From a virus: a stretch of 64,000 nucleotides of DNA. Below the pieces are notes generated by a model. That model saw nothing but the letters and a program-made list of their open reading frames with translations, did no database searches and was not told where the DNA came from. The translations under genes and the position numbers were made by a program. Below are positions 17,895 to 27,927 of the stretch, in pieces (position 1 is the first letter of the stretch; every line of letters starts with the position of its first letter). Location: IMG/VR virus record IMGVR_UViG_3300035703_000021, positions 1 to 64,000 of that record, one strand, 5' to 3'.

Positions 17895-17953
17895 CATCCT
17901 ACCAGAGACAAGGGGCCCCTCGCGGGACCCCTGTGACAGTTCTTAAAGTGGCC
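17895..17953 (-). promoter_or_regulatory. Early/middle-type promoter with hairpin
   Basis: GCCACTT-N4-AACTGTCAC, GC-rich hairpin, TAGGAT. Confidence 0.6.
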
Positions 17954-17984
17954 TCGGGGCTACGCCCCTCGGAGTAAGACCGAC

Positions 17985-18440
17985 TCAGGTGATCTCCACG
18001 GACTTGGGTTTCTGCTCCTCAGGCACGAGCTTCTCCAGCTTCACGGTGAGAAGGCCGTCGGCGAATCGCGCGCTTCTTACCTCTACGTCCTTGCCAACAT
18101 AGAACCTGGCAGAGAAATCCCGGCGTGCCATGCCGCGATAGGTGTACTCCCGCTCCTCTTTCTTATCGGAGTTGGTCTTACTCGAGACGACGAGATGGCT
18201 GTTGTCCATCTTGACGTCGAGAGAGGCTTTGTCGTAACCCGCCAGGGCGAACTCCATGAAGTAGGTGTACGGGCTTCCGTCGGGCATCCTGTACACGTTG
18301 TACTTCGGGAACGAAGTCTGCTGCTTAGGCACCTCGAGCATGCTCATGGCCAGGTCGAGTAGGTCCTTCTCGTGCTTCATGGAAGCCTCCGAGTTGAATC
18401 GTTTGTAGGATTGCGGGGTTGTGAAGAATAGGTCGATCAT
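17985..18440 (-). CDS. Small heat shock protein Hsp20
   Basis: FPKYNV, EFALAG, YRGMARRDF, A.F.DGLL, VPEEQKP. Confidence 0.93.
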   Translation of the reverse strand: MIDLFFTTPQSYKRFNSEASMKHEKDLLDLAMSMLEVPKQQTSFPKYNVYRMPDGSPYTYFMEFALAGYDKASLDVKMDNSHLVVSSKTNSDKKEEREYTYRGMARRDFSARFYVGKDVEVRSARFADGLLTVKLEKLVPEEQKPKSVEIT

Positions 18441-18500
18441 TGGTTTACCTTAGATAAGCGTAAGTAGGGTCGGCCCGAAGTGGCGCCTTCCCTATCTATA

Positions 18501-18698
18501 TTATAATCCAAGGCTGAGCTGAATCGCCGGTGGAGATCCCCACTCTTTAGGTAGCAATTCCCCACCCACCACCTCGCGGGCGAAGATCTCCTTCATCTCC
18601 TGGTGCGGAAGTCCGCAATAGTCGGCGGCGCGGGGAACGTTCCAGCGTGCGGTATAGAGCATCTCAAGAGCCTCGCGAAGTCTGGCTCTGTCCCTCAT
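18501..18698 (-). CDS. Conserved cyanophage hypothetical protein
   Basis: EMLYTARWNVPRAADYCGL..EMK. Confidence 0.7.
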   Translation of the reverse strand: MRDRARLREALEMLYTARWNVPRAADYCGLPHQEMKEIFAREVVGGELLPKEWGSPPAIQLSLGL

Positions 18699-19975
18699 AC
18701 CTCGATGATGACTCCCCAGCCCGTGCCTGGGCCCTCAACCATCCATCTCTTATCGAAGTTGGCGTAGGAGTAGCGCTGATTAGCGCCATTGGTGGAGCCG
18801 TAGTACCCGCCGTTTGTAAGATCGAGCTCACCGTACGGATCATGAACGATGTACTGATCGGCGTTGTCATCGTAGCCGATGATGCACACCCAGTGCCCGC
18901 CGCCTTTGGGCGCTGATACGTGGCCGTGGTGGAGAATGCCCACGGGGACAGGAATGTTCCTGTCGATCTGGGCCTTAATATCGTCCCGGTCTAGATTATC
19001 CACCTTTTTCGCTTTGATTCCTAGGTCTCTAAGCGCGGCGATCTGGGCGGTAGGATTGGTGGTGTCTCCGTGGCGGAAGACGTAATTCTTCATGTAGTAG
19101 TCGTCTTCCTGCTCCGAGACTTTGATCGCGTCGGGTTTCACGTAGTCAGCCGCCATCGCGCAGGAGCTGGAGAAGCACATGCGGTGAGCGTGGGTGGTGG
19201 CGCTGTCGCGCTGGGGAAAGTACTTAGCAGTCAGGATGCGAGAGCACGGGGCACTTTCGTTGGGACGGGCGCTGCCGGTGTGGGACACCTGCCAGTGGGG
19301 GTTGTAGATGTACCACACTCCCGCCCCGTGGTCAAGAGTGACTTTGGAGTGTGAGCCTTCGTCGACGATGCTCGTGACGCCGTATCCTTTGCCCTTCTGC
19401 ACCTCCTTTCTCTGGTTGTAGGAGAGCTGGTAGGATTGGGCGGGCTCCTTTTTCAGGAGTGTGTCCTGCAGAGCGATGATCTGTGTTTTTACCATTTTGT
19501 CTTTGATAGAACCTTTGGACCATAGCGCACCTTCAGCGATACGGCGTCTTTTCAACCCGGCCTCAACATTAGATCCTGGGTTGCGGTAGAGGAGCAGGGC
19601 CTCGGGCACGAGGTCCCATTCCTTGTTACGTAGCCTGCGGCTGATAGTCTCGAAGCCGTCGGATCCGTAGAAGTTGGCGCCCAGGTTGTAGGCGAAGCTG
19701 AGAAGCGCTCCGACCTGCTCGTCGGACATGGAGCCAAAGTGCGGGATCTTCGCCAGTGCGGGCAGGTACGCTGTTTGGAGTTGATGCTCGAGGAGATCGT
19801 CGGCCTCCTCCTGTGTGATTGTCTCGCCAAGGGTGAAAGGTGACCCGTCCTTTTTGCGGGTGGATCCCCACCCCACGGTGTAGGGCTTGCCGCCAGAGAG
19901 CGGATCCGGATACGCTTTGAGGTGGCAACCCTCGAACCTCTTGATGAGGTCTACGCCTGATCTTGGTAGTTTCAT
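18695..19975 (-). CDS. Endolysin: GH24 lysozyme plus C39-like peptidase
   Basis: IKRFEG..AY.D..TVGWGST..GLKRRR; QRD..CFSSSCAM..GHW..HDPYG. Confidence 0.9.
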   Translation of the reverse strand: MKLPRSGVDLIKRFEGCHLKAYPDPLSGGKPYTVGWGSTRKKDGSPFTLGETITQEEADDLLEHQLQTAYLPALAKIPHFGSMSDEQVGALLSFAYNLGANFYGSDGFETISRRLRNKEWDLVPEALLLYRNPGSNVEAGLKRRRIAEGALWSKGSIKDKMVKTQIIALQDTLLKKEPAQSYQLSYNQRKEVQKGKGYGVTSIVDEGSHSKVTLDHGAGVWYIYNPHWQVSHTGSARPNESAPCSRILTAKYFPQRDSATTHAHRMCFSSSCAMAADYVKPDAIKVSEQEDDYYMKNYVFRHGDTTNPTAQIAALRDLGIKAKKVDNLDRDDIKAQIDRNIPVPVGILHHGHVSAPKGGGHWVCIIGYDDNADQYIVHDPYGELDLTNGGYYGSTNGANQRYSYANFDKRWMVEGPGTGWGVIIEV

Positions 19976-20352
19976 TCTTCGTCGTCTCCGTCGCCAAAGC
20001 CCGGAGGATAGTTCTCAGCCTCGAAGCGAACGCCGAGGATCTGGTCGGAGCTGTCGATCTCGTCCACCTCCGGGTGGTTGGGGGAGGATTTCATGAGCTC
20101 GCGGATCTTCTCTGGAATCGCGTCCTTGCTAGGAGCTTGGATTGCTTGAGGGCCCGGGATCGAGAATCCGGAGCGCATCGAGGCCGTCGACTCGAACTTC
20201 TCGAAGAGGACTTTCTTCTGCTCGATATCGAGCTCTCTCTCGGTGGATTCCAGGTTCCACTTAGTCAGGAGGTGTCCTAGACCCACAACCCAGGAGAGGA
20301 GTCCTAGGCCCCAGGTCGAGAACAGGAAGATGTGCAAGAGGACCGTGGTCAT
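19972..20352 (-). CDS. Membrane protein next to endolysin (holin/lysis accessory candidate)
   Basis: N-terminal TM helix; late motif at 20389-20399. Confidence 0.5.
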   Translation of the reverse strand: MTTVLLHIFLFSTWGLGLLSWVVGLGHLLTKWNLESTERELDIEQKKVLFEKFESTASMRSGFSIPGPQAIQAPSKDAIPEKIRELMKSSPNHPEVDEIDSSDQILGVRFEAENYPPGFGDGDDEE

Positions 20353-20435
20353 ATGGACTCCCGCTTTCGCGATAAGTATTACTATACCTACTTTAAACCA
20401 CGAGGCCGGATCTGTCAACCCCCGCCAGGGGCGGA

Positions 20436-20954
20436 TTATACCGACTTAGCTCCTCTGCATCTCCACTTCTTACGGGATAGGCACATGGGAGTGTTGCGGT
20501 CGGGACCGGAGCAGTCCATACCTTCAGACTTCATGTCCCCGAGCGACCTCGCGCAGTAGGAGTCGCCGCGCTTGGTGCCAGGGGCGATCTTGTAACCCTT
20601 GGCTCCGTAGCGAACTTTGCGGGTGTTGCCAGTCTTGGGATCCTTGTAAGTGTGAGTGTACTTCTTGCCGTCGTCGGCGTACTTCACCTCGCCTTGGGTG
20701 AGGGGATCGCCGGTGGCTAGGGTGCGCCAGTACTCGTACTCGTTGTCGGACATGTCGGCGTTGTCGTCGGGGTTCATTTCCGCGTCAAGCATATCCGACT
20801 TATCCTGATCACCACGGCGATGCTCCTCACGATCGGAGCGCCAACCTTCGGGGATTCGTGGTTCGGCCATTGAGGCCGCCTTGGTAATTTTTAGTCCTTC
20901 AATGTTGGACATTCTACGCCCAAAGGAGGATTGTTCTTCTGATCTTCTATTCAT
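20436..20954 (-). CDS. Putative internal head protein with IPEGW motif
   Basis: GKKY..RKVRYGAKGY..SYCARS..SRKKWRC. Confidence 0.7.
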   Translation of the reverse strand: MNRRSEEQSSFGRRMSNIEGLKITKAASMAEPRIPEGWRSDREEHRRGDQDKSDMLDAEMNPDDNADMSDNEYEYWRTLATGDPLTQGEVKYADDGKKYTHTYKDPKTGNTRKVRYGAKGYKIAPGTKRGDSYCARSLGDMKSEGMDCSGPDRNTPMCLSRKKWRCRGAKSV

Positions 20955-20966
20955 AATCCTATTTTA

Positions 20967-21962
20967 TCAGAGTTGTTGTAATTTTATCACGGTATGTTTA
21001 CCGGCGTTTCTACTAAATCCCTCTTTTTTACCTATGACTTTGAACTTCGCTCCTGGAGGGAGCATGTGCTCCTTTTCATTTTCAAAGCGACTAATAGGCG
21101 AAATGTTTCGCATCTGATCGCTTTCAACCTCGAAGACAATGTTTTGGTCGGAGTCTCTGTCGCCCTTGAGAAACCGATCGATCACTGGCGCGCCTCCGCT
21201 GGTAAAACTCGAAAAACCTGGATCTTCGATTACGTCCCCTTCACCGAGAGAGTTAAGTTGGCGGATAAAGTCACTAGCTTTCCTACCCGTACCACTTTCT
21301 TCCCACACAGATCCACTCACGGCTCTATGGAAGGTTCCTGCGGGGGCTTTTGGAAGAGCCTCTATAGCGCTTTTAAGATCCTCAGTGGCCTTTCTTATCT
21401 GGGCCTCGGAGGGTTTTGGTTTATTGCCAAATCGTTGGTCTGGTGAAAATTGAATCTTACCTGTTCTAAGGAGGGAGTTCATGTTTAAGTCCCACTCCGA
21501 GGTATAAGCGTTAAGACCGGAAAGTTGCTCATCGGATAGTGCGGCATACGGAGCAAATCTGCGCTTCCTGTTCTCTTCGTCTGTTTTGGCCTGCTCTGGA
21601 TTGGGATATATGGACTTTCTAGTTCCATCGGCAATTTTCTCTCTTGCCCAAGCGGAAAACCTACCGTATTGCTCCGCCTCTTCTGGCGAGAGCTCAATTT
21701 TTTTCTGAGAGTTGGTATTGGGCTGACGCGTTTGCGCGGAACGCCCGCCCTTCTGAGAGACTTCTTCAGGTGAGAGTTTTCTTGGAGGAGCCGGTTTTTG
21801 TCTTTGTAATTTCCAAGTACGACCAGATTTTACAACCGGCCTGCCATCAACGTCGAACCAAGTCGTTGCCTCGGCTGGTTTACCTGGTTTAAGCCTTACT
21901 GAAAACTCTGTGGACTTAACCCCCCAGCCCTCTGGAACGTTAATCTTTGTAGACACGATCAC
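20967..21962 (-). CDS. ADP-ribosyltransferase (R-S-E class) with N-terminal VPEGW motif
   Basis: AYT..MNSLLR, FHR, GFSSFTS, ISPIS..ENEKE, PGAKFKV. Confidence 0.88.
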   Translation of the reverse strand: MIVSTKINVPEGWGVKSTEFSVRLKPGKPAEATTWFDVDGRPVVKSGRTWKLQRQKPAPPRKLSPEEVSQKGGRSAQTRQPNTNSQKKIELSPEEAEQYGRFSAWAREKIADGTRKSIYPNPEQAKTDEENRKRRFAPYAALSDEQLSGLNAYTSEWDLNMNSLLRTGKIQFSPDQRFGNKPKPSEAQIRKATEDLKSAIEALPKAPAGTFHRAVSGSVWEESGTGRKASDFIRQLNSLGEGDVIEDPGFSSFTSGGAPVIDRFLKGDRDSDQNIVFEVESDQMRNISPISRFENEKEHMLPPGAKFKVIGKKEGFSRNAGKHTVIKLQQL

Positions 21963-22566
21963 TCACGCTCCAGCCGTCGGGCACGGCGATCTCGGAGTAG
22001 GAGGACTCGTCGCAGTCGCACTCACCGCTATCCGAGGATTTGGGCACGCAGTTGGGAACCTTGCCCCCACCTTTGCCCTTCTTCATCCCCACCATCTCGT
22101 AATCCTTCCAGCAGGGGTCGAAGTCCTCGCCGGCCTCGGTGGTAGCGCCCTTGATGGCTTTGTCTCTGGCCATCTTCCAGTCCTCCGAGTCCACGTCCCC
22201 GTCCTTGTCGTGGTCCTTCTTCTCGCCCATGTCCTGTGCCATTTCATCTTCTCCTGGATGTGATAGGTGCTGGGTAACTGATGTTAGGTAGTCCTGAGCT
22301 TTGGTGATCTTGGCCTGGACCCACTCGGGCAGGTCGGTCATCTCTGACACCATACCATCGATCTTCTTGGCCATAGCCACGATCGAGCGGATGTCACCCT
22401 GGGCCATCTGGCCCTCCTCGGGCTCGGCGTTATCCGAGGAGTCCTTGGACTTCCCGGCTTTGTCAAGCGCGATGGCGATAGCCTGCTTCTGAGGCTTACC
22501 GGACTCCATCTCGGTCTTGATGTTCTTGGAGATGGTCTCCTGACTCGATCCTTCTTTGAGTGGCAT
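21940..22566 (-). CDS. Putative internal head protein, multi-motif, C-terminal VPDGW
   Basis: [46 protein letters not shown]. Confidence 0.75.
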   Translation of the reverse strand: MPLKEGSSQETISKNIKTEMESGKPQKQAIAIALDKAGKSKDSSDNAEPEEGQMAQGDIRSIVAMAKKIDGMVSEMTDLPEWVQAKITKAQDYLTSVTQHLSHPGEDEMAQDMGEKKDHDKDGDVDSEDWKMARDKAIKGATTEAGEDFDPCWKDYEMVGMKKGKGGGKVPNCVPKSSDSGECDCDESSYSEIAVPDGWSVSDRVYKD

Positions 22567-22575
22567 GGGAGTAAA

Positions 22576-22890
22576 TTACTGTACGGAGCGGCCGGATACC
22601 GTCCTCCAGCCCTCGGGGACCATGGGCCCTCCCTGCTCGCAGTTATCGGAGGTGCTATCCTCGGTCTTAGGAGCGGGCTTTTTGGACTGAGTCTGTTTAT
22701 TACCCTTGAGCGTCTCGTCGCTGGGTTTGCGCTTGCCCGCCTTTGCGTAAGCAATCGCAGCGGCCTGGGCCGGAGTGTACTCCTTACGAGCCGGATCTTT
22801 GTACGGTGGATCGTAACCCGCGTCGCCGTCAAGCAGGGCCCTAATGTTCTCCTGAATGACTTTGTCGGAAGATCCTTCGCGTAGGGGCAT
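22576..22890 (-). CDS. Putative internal head protein, C-terminal VPEGW
   Basis: MPLREG..QAAAIAYAKAGK, N-terminus paralogous to 21940..22566. Confidence 0.75.
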   Translation of the reverse strand: MPLREGSSDKVIQENIRALLDGDAGYDPPYKDPARKEYTPAQAAAIAYAKAGKRKPSDETLKGNKQTQSKKPAPKTEDSTSDNCEQGGPMVPEGWRTVSGRSVQ

Positions 22891-22906
22891 AAACAGTACC
22901 TTTGTT

Positions 22907-22918
22907 AGACTTTAAACT
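22907..22918 (-). promoter_or_regulatory. Late-type promoter motif
   Basis: AGTTTAAAGTCT, 17 nt upstream of ATG. Confidence 0.6.
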
Positions 22919-22936
22919 CCGCGGAAGCGTTTGTCG

Positions 22937-23035
22937 CTAGAGTTGGGGGTGGGAGTAGGCGTGAGTCAGCGCCCACGAGATCCCAGTTATCACCATGGTG
23001 AAGATGGACACCGCCGAGATGATCGCGTTGGTCAT
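22937..23035 (-). CDS. Small membrane peptide
   Basis: MTNAIISAVSIF..WALTHAY. Confidence 0.5.
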   Translation of the reverse strand: MTNAIISAVSIFTMVITGISWALTHAYSHPQL

Positions 23036-23142
23036 TCTTTCATCTCCGTATGCGCGAGGAGTAGGATGCGATAGATGATGTAGGCCGTGCCGGACAACCC
23101 GAGGCCCAGGATGATTATAACTCCCCACGGTAAAGCGTCCAT
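23032..23142 (-). CDS. Small membrane peptide
   Basis: MDALPWGVIIILGLGL, read manually. Confidence 0.55.
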   Translation of the reverse strand: MDALPWGVIIILGLGLSGTAYIIYRILLLAHTEMKE

Positions 23143-23336
23143 CAGGATCTAGACTCCTGTTCGTGAATCCATGTTTTTAGCCCAGAGACGTACTCTCTGA
23201 GCAGGATCGCCTGCTTCATGTGCCACACATCCCCCGTCTTAAAGTACAGGTTGATGTGATTGTCTATGGCCTTGAGTATGTTGTGTATTGGAGCGTTCCA
23301 ACACTCTCGGACCGGAGTGTTCCACTCGCGAGGCAC
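23142..23336 (-). CDS. Conserved cyanophage hypothetical protein
   Basis: MPREWNTP..WNAPIH..LKAIDNH. Confidence 0.7.
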   Translation of the reverse strand: MPREWNTPVRECWNAPIHNILKAIDNHINLYFKTGDVWHMKQAILLREYVSGLKTWIHEQESRS

Positions 23337-23337
23337 G

Positions 23338-23520
23338 TTACTCCTCCTTGACGGACCAACCGTCCGGCACTGCGATCTTCAGCTCTTTCTCCTCGCACTG
23401 GAGGACGGGTGATTCCTCCTCCAGCTCTACGTTCTTATCTTTGCCTTTGGGGCTCTTCTTGACGCCGACCATGCCTTCCCCACCGGCACGTGCCTGATCC
23501 ATGTTAAGCATTTTTACCAC
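23338..23520 (-). CDS. Small charged protein with C-terminal VPDGW
   Basis: [13 protein letters not shown]. Confidence 0.65.
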   Translation of the reverse strand: MVKMLNMDQARAGGEGMVGVKKSPKGKDKNVELEEESPVLQCEEKELKIAVPDGWSVKEE

Positions 23521-24123
23521 CTATGTTAATGTTCCTCGTCGCTGTAGCGCGAGAGATATTTTTTGTTTATGTTCTTCTGTGAGAGGTTTTCTTTTTTCGG
23601 AAAGATACTCGTATCTTATCCTACCTTTCACCCATCCATAAGGAGCTTCTTTGGCAAAGATTTCATCATTACCATTATTCCACCATTTTTTGCCAAAGTT
23701 ATGGTTATTTTTTCCTCTTTTGTATCCCGTTGAGTTTTGCAACTTACCTCTCTTCCATTCTTCTCCAGGGCAGTTAGTAGAGCGCTGGTTTTTAGTTCCG
23801 TTGTTCCACCACTTCATACCATATACGTGATTATCTTTACCTCTGCCATTCAGGAAAGCCCTTCCCGCGCATGCATTTAAACAATTAGGATCTTTACCCA
23901 TGAAATGCTTAATGATTCTTTCCTCTATTACGGCAGCTTGTTCCCATGAATTAAACTCTTGCAGGATTTGTTTTTTAGGGGTATAAGTCTTCCAGACCCA
24001 CTTATTCTTTATGGGTGAGCCCATGTAGTACTCATCATACTTTTTTTCGCTGTGAATACCGTAATAGAAGTACGGAACTTCTTCAAAAGTTATTTTATAC
24101 AAGTAGATCCTTGGTTTTGTCAT
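23521..24123 (-). mobile_element. Freestanding GIY-YIG (Seg-like) homing endonuclease
   Basis: AT-rich; IYLYKIT..YYGIH..YMGS; WWNNG repeats; EEHKQKIS (NUMOD3-like). Confidence 0.85.
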
Positions 24124-24138
24124 ACATTTATACTAATG

Positions 24139-24570
24139 TTAAATACCTAGCATCTCGTCGAGGATCTTGTCCTCGATAATCTTTCCACTATTGATCTCCG
24201 CGAGAGCATCACGTTTCTCCTCCGCGTGGCAGACCTTGGTGATCTCCTGGAGCAGACTGAGCACGTTCGCTCTCTCCCATTCTGGGATCTCGCCCATGAC
24301 GCTCAGCTCCTCAAACTTCTGCAGGATCTCGACCAGGATGATGTGCGACAGCTCGCGGATCGTGATCCAGTTATCGCGGACCTCCTCTGTCTCCACCTCC
24401 TCCTGGAGCTGGTTGGAGGATTTCACTAACGAGATGAGAGTCTTGCCAACGTGGGCAATGGACTTAGGGCCGATCTTCTCCAGGTCGATGTTCTGGAGCT
24501 GGGTGATAATCATTTGCTGAGCGTCGGCGCCAAAGTCAGCGAAGTTCTTGTGGATTTTTGTTCTTGACAT
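24139..24570 (-). CDS. Helical hypothetical protein
   Basis: ORF in structural operon. Confidence 0.7.
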   Translation of the reverse strand: MSRTKIHKNFADFGADAQQMIITQLQNIDLEKIGPKSIAHVGKTLISLVKSSNQLQEEVETEEVRDNWITIRELSHIILVEILQKFEELSVMGEIPEWERANVLSLLQEITKVCHAEEKRDALAEINSGKIIEDKILDEMLGI

Positions 24571-24576
24571 TATGTC

Positions 24577-25104
24577 TTATATGGAGAAGGAGTAACGGAC
24601 CATCGCCTGTTCACTACCTTCAACCGAATAAACCACAATTATGTACGCCGAACCGTCCTCGCGGAGAGACACTCTCACCTCGAGCTCCTGGACTACGGGC
24701 AGGGAGCTCAGTAGCTGGGATTTGATGGACTGAGCGAGTGTGTACTCGTCGATGGTCTCGAACATCATTTCCTGGATGCCGAAGAACGGCCTGTAGACCC
24801 TTTCTCCTATACGTGTGTCCAGGATCTCCAGGATCTGCTCGCCGATGCGGTCGTAGTTCGCTGAGAGCTTGAGCCCTCCCCTCCCATCCAGCTCGAGGGG
24901 GTACTTGAGCCCACGCATGGTGGATTGGGTAATCGTGGCGGGAGGAGTGCCGGAGTCGAAGAGCACCTGAGGGTTGCGCCTCTCGGTCTGGGTCAGCTCG
25001 TAACGGTCGGAGTTGATGCGGTCGCGGAGCGCGAACTGGTTCTTGATGGCTTTTAGCTCGGTGGTGTCGATGCGCGATGTGATCTGCGGAAATTGCTGTG
25101 TCAT
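24577..25104 (-). CDS. Baseplate wedge protein, gp25-like
   Basis: GLKYPL..ILDTRIGERVYRPFFG. Confidence 0.85.
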   Translation of the reverse strand: MTQQFPQITSRIDTTELKAIKNQFALRDRINSDRYELTQTERRNPQVLFDSGTPPATITQSTMRGLKYPLELDGRGGLKLSANYDRIGEQILEILDTRIGERVYRPFFGIQEMMFETIDEYTLAQSIKSQLLSSLPVVQELEVRVSLREDGSAYIIVVYSVEGSEQAMVRYSFSI

Positions 25105-27911
25105 GCCATTGATCCTCTAGATACTGTGCCTTGGGTCGCGGAGGCCCAGGCCTCTTCCACGATCCTCAAGACCGGGCCGCGGAGCATCTCAACGTCCCCT
25201 GCTCCCATGTTGCCGTTGACTTGGATGGTGATGTTGAAATTCGCAGAGACGGGAGAGGTGGATCCGCCAGAACGCATTGCCATTAGGTCTCTATTACTTG
25301 AGATGGAGCCTGTAGCGCCTGGAGTGAAGATCTCGGGGCCTCTTTCGCCGACAATGTACGATGTTCCCCTTATAACTGTGCCACCGGCCTCTTTCATTCC
25401 TATAGCCCCTAATAGCCAATTTTTTAATCCGCCAAGAGGTCCTTCGTCTTTTGTTTCTCGGCTCAAGCCAGCGGCTTCGGCTCCTGCCCTTATCAGAGCT
25501 CTGCCAGGCAAGAAGGTGTCTAAGAGCACGTTCTTCCAGTCTATTGACCCTGCAAAACTCTTTATCCCGTCAAACGTCTTCATGACGTTGGATACGAGCC
25601 CGTCCCACAGTTTTTTCGTGTTACTCAGTGTTCCTGTAGTAAACCAGCCAATAGACTTAGATATGGCGTCTCTAATACCTTTATCGAAAAGCGTAACTCC
25701 TGCTCCAATAGCGGCGCCTAAACCCGCTCCTAGCGCGGTTCCTACTCCTGGTATAACAGAGCCAATTTGAGCTCCCATAAGTCCGCCTTGAGCGGCGCCT
25801 ATCCCCACCTGCCCCCAGGCCTCACCAGCACCTACTTCTGGTGCTTCACCATTGCCTTCTCCTCCTTGGCTTGAAAAAGCAGGGCCTGCGTTTAAAGCAA
25901 TGCTACCAGCTGCAAGGACCGCTCCTGTAAGTAAAGCCCCTCTGCCAAACTCACGCATTCCGCGCCTTAGTTGACCTCTCCTGCCATATCTTCTATTAAA
26001 TCTCTCCCTTGTGGTCAGGCCCCGCGCATCAGTACGGCGGCCATCAGACGTCATGTACGGTAGATCCTCGCCCTCCCAAGGTTCCGCAGAATTGTGAGGT
26101 AGTGGCCCTATAGGCCCGTAGTAAGGTCTCCTGCCACGAGTACTCCGTCTTCTGCTTCTTCCGCCGCCTCCGCCGCCGCCACTATCGTCATCACCGCCTC
26201 CTCCTCCTCCTCTTCTACCCCTCCTAGGACCACCGTCTACGGGCGAACTTGGTCCACCGTAATCGATGTCGGTGGCGCCTCCTCCGGCAAGGATACGAAT
26301 TATAGCATCCATTCTTGCAATGACTTGACCCTGAAAGGCTGCTCTTCCAGTCATAGGGTTCAGATCAGGGTCTGCGTTACTCCCACCACCACCAAGTAGC
26401 CTATTAACAAACCCACCGACCCCGCCACCACCTCTTCCCAGGGCCTGAATTGGCCTGAGAATAGACTCGAGTGCTCCGCGAATCCTCCTAACAAACAGCA
26501 CACCAAGAGCAGCCATCGCGGCTCCGCCCAGCACCGCTCCGGCACCCTGGTTTCCGCCAAACAACCCGGTGAAGAACTTACTAAGGCCCTCGTAGAGGAC
26601 TTTTACCGCCCCGCCAAGAACCGCTAAGCCTTTACCACTAAAGACAACAAGAATGGCTTCCTTAATCGCCGTGCCCAGAGTCTGGGCCACCTCCCCCACC
26701 AGTATGGTGAAGGTGTTAAGGAATTTGGTGCCCTGCTCTTCTACGTTAGCCTCGCGAATGCTCTTGCCTACGTTCTCTATGAATTCGCGTATCTGCTTCC
26801 CAATGCCCTTGATGGAAGCGTCGATGTCTATGGGGTTGCTGAATGTCTCTGTTACTGAGCTGTATAGGGACGTGGCAAAATCCTTGACCGTATTAAAAAC
26901 TTCCTGGAGTTTTTTGACTATGCCCTGGACCTCGGGGCTCTGGATGAAGGCATTGAGTCTGTCGAACTGGCGGGTGACAAAGCGGATGCCGATTATGATC
27001 GCTTTGAGCGGGTCCTCGATCCCAAAGATCTTGCCGATCTGCTTGAAGAAGTTGACGAATAGCCCCTGCTGACCGAACACCGAGTTTATCAGCTTCTCCG
27101 TCTCGTCGAAGATGGTAGTCTTGTCCCTGACGGACATTGTAACCTGCCGCAGGGAGCCAAAGATACCCTTCTCGGGGTTGAAGAGTCTTGTATTAAGGTC
27201 TTCGATAATCGCTCTAAACCCGTAGGCCCTTCTGGCCATCTCTGTGAGCTGCTTGTTGAAAGCTGGGTCCTGGACTATGTTTAGAAGCGCCTCGGATCTC
27301 TGCTGAGCGTTAGTGATAAGACCAACTGTACCCGTGGATCTTGCTAGTTGATTACCTAGAAACGCCTGGGCGGCATCTCCGGAGTTTATCATCTGCTGAG
27401 CGGAAAGCTGACCCATGAGGAACTGGCGAGCGATTCCGCTAAAATCCTCGCCCAGTCCAGCACGGCGGAAATCTCTCTGGAATGTGAGAACGCCCTGGCC
27501 CAGGGCCTTGCGCATATCCTCGGAAAGATCTGTGGAGATGAACGGCGTGGCTGCTAAAGCTTTCTGAATATCCTGGGCTGTTCCTCCAGCCTTAATCGCC
27601 ACCTCGTTAAACGCTGAGGAGAATTGGGTTGCGATGTCCATGGACGCCGCCGACGAGAATCCCTGGAATGTCCGTGTGAGTAGCGCGGCTTGGTTCTGAG
27701 CGGCGCGAAGGCTCTGCCCGGCTTGCAGGCCCTGTTCTCCTATCGCTTTCTGAAACTCGCGGTTGATCTGCCCGAGCGCGCTGCGAACAACATCGAGCTT
27801 GAGCCCGCTGACGAGGAATTTGTTATCGAGCTGTGAGGAGAACCGTTTGAACTCGTTGAGAGCGCGGTCGGTGTTTGCCCGAATATCAAGAACGACTGAA
27901 GTTACTGCCAT
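25101..27911 (-). CDS. Tail tape measure protein
   Basis: Long helical Ala/Gly-rich protein; C-terminal YIVGERGPEIFTP. Confidence 0.85.
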   Translation of the reverse strand: MAVTSVVLDIRANTDRALNEFKRFSSQLDNKFLVSGLKLDVVRSALGQINREFQKAIGEQGLQAGQSLRAAQNQAALLTRTFQGFSSAASMDIATQFSSAFNEVAIKAGGTAQDIQKALAATPFISTDLSEDMRKALGQGVLTFQRDFRRAGLGEDFSGIARQFLMGQLSAQQMINSGDAAQAFLGNQLARSTGTVGLITNAQQRSEALLNIVQDPAFNKQLTEMARRAYGFRAIIEDLNTRLFNPEKGIFGSLRQVTMSVRDKTTIFDETEKLINSVFGQQGLFVNFFKQIGKIFGIEDPLKAIIIGIRFVTRQFDRLNAFIQSPEVQGIVKKLQEVFNTVKDFATSLYSSVTETFSNPIDIDASIKGIGKQIREFIENVGKSIREANVEEQGTKFLNTFTILVGEVAQTLGTAIKEAILVVFSGKGLAVLGGAVKVLYEGLSKFFTGLFGGNQGAGAVLGGAAMAALGVLFVRRIRGALESILRPIQALGRGGGGVGGFVNRLLGGGGSNADPDLNPMTGRAAFQGQVIARMDAIIRILAGGGATDIDYGGPSSPVDGGPRRGRRGGGGGGDDDSGGGGGGGRSRRRSTRGRRPYYGPIGPLPHNSAEPWEGEDLPYMTSDGRRTDARGLTTRERFNRRYGRRGQLRRGMREFGRGALLTGAVLAAGSIALNAGPAFSSQGGEGNGEAPEVGAGEAWGQVGIGAAQGGLMGAQIGSVIPGVGTALGAGLGAAIGAGVTLFDKGIRDAISKSIGWFTTGTLSNTKKLWDGLVSNVMKTFDGIKSFAGSIDWKNVLLDTFLPGRALIRAGAEAAGLSRETKDEGPLGGLKNWLLGAIGMKEAGGTVIRGTSYIVGERGPEIFTPGATGSISSNRDLMAMRSGGSTSPVSANFNITIQVNGNMGAGDVEMLRGPVLRIVEEAWASATQGTVSRGSMA

Positions 27912-27927
27912 GATTTATCTACGTCTC

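Noticed and set aside
23630-23810. PxGW-like repeats in the homing endonuclease (APYGWVKGR, CPGEEWKRG)
   Set aside because: Part of known endonuclease DNA-binding repeats
25940-26240. Arg/Gly-rich low-complexity segment in the tape measure protein
   Set aside because: In-frame low-complexity linker; no evidence for a separate element
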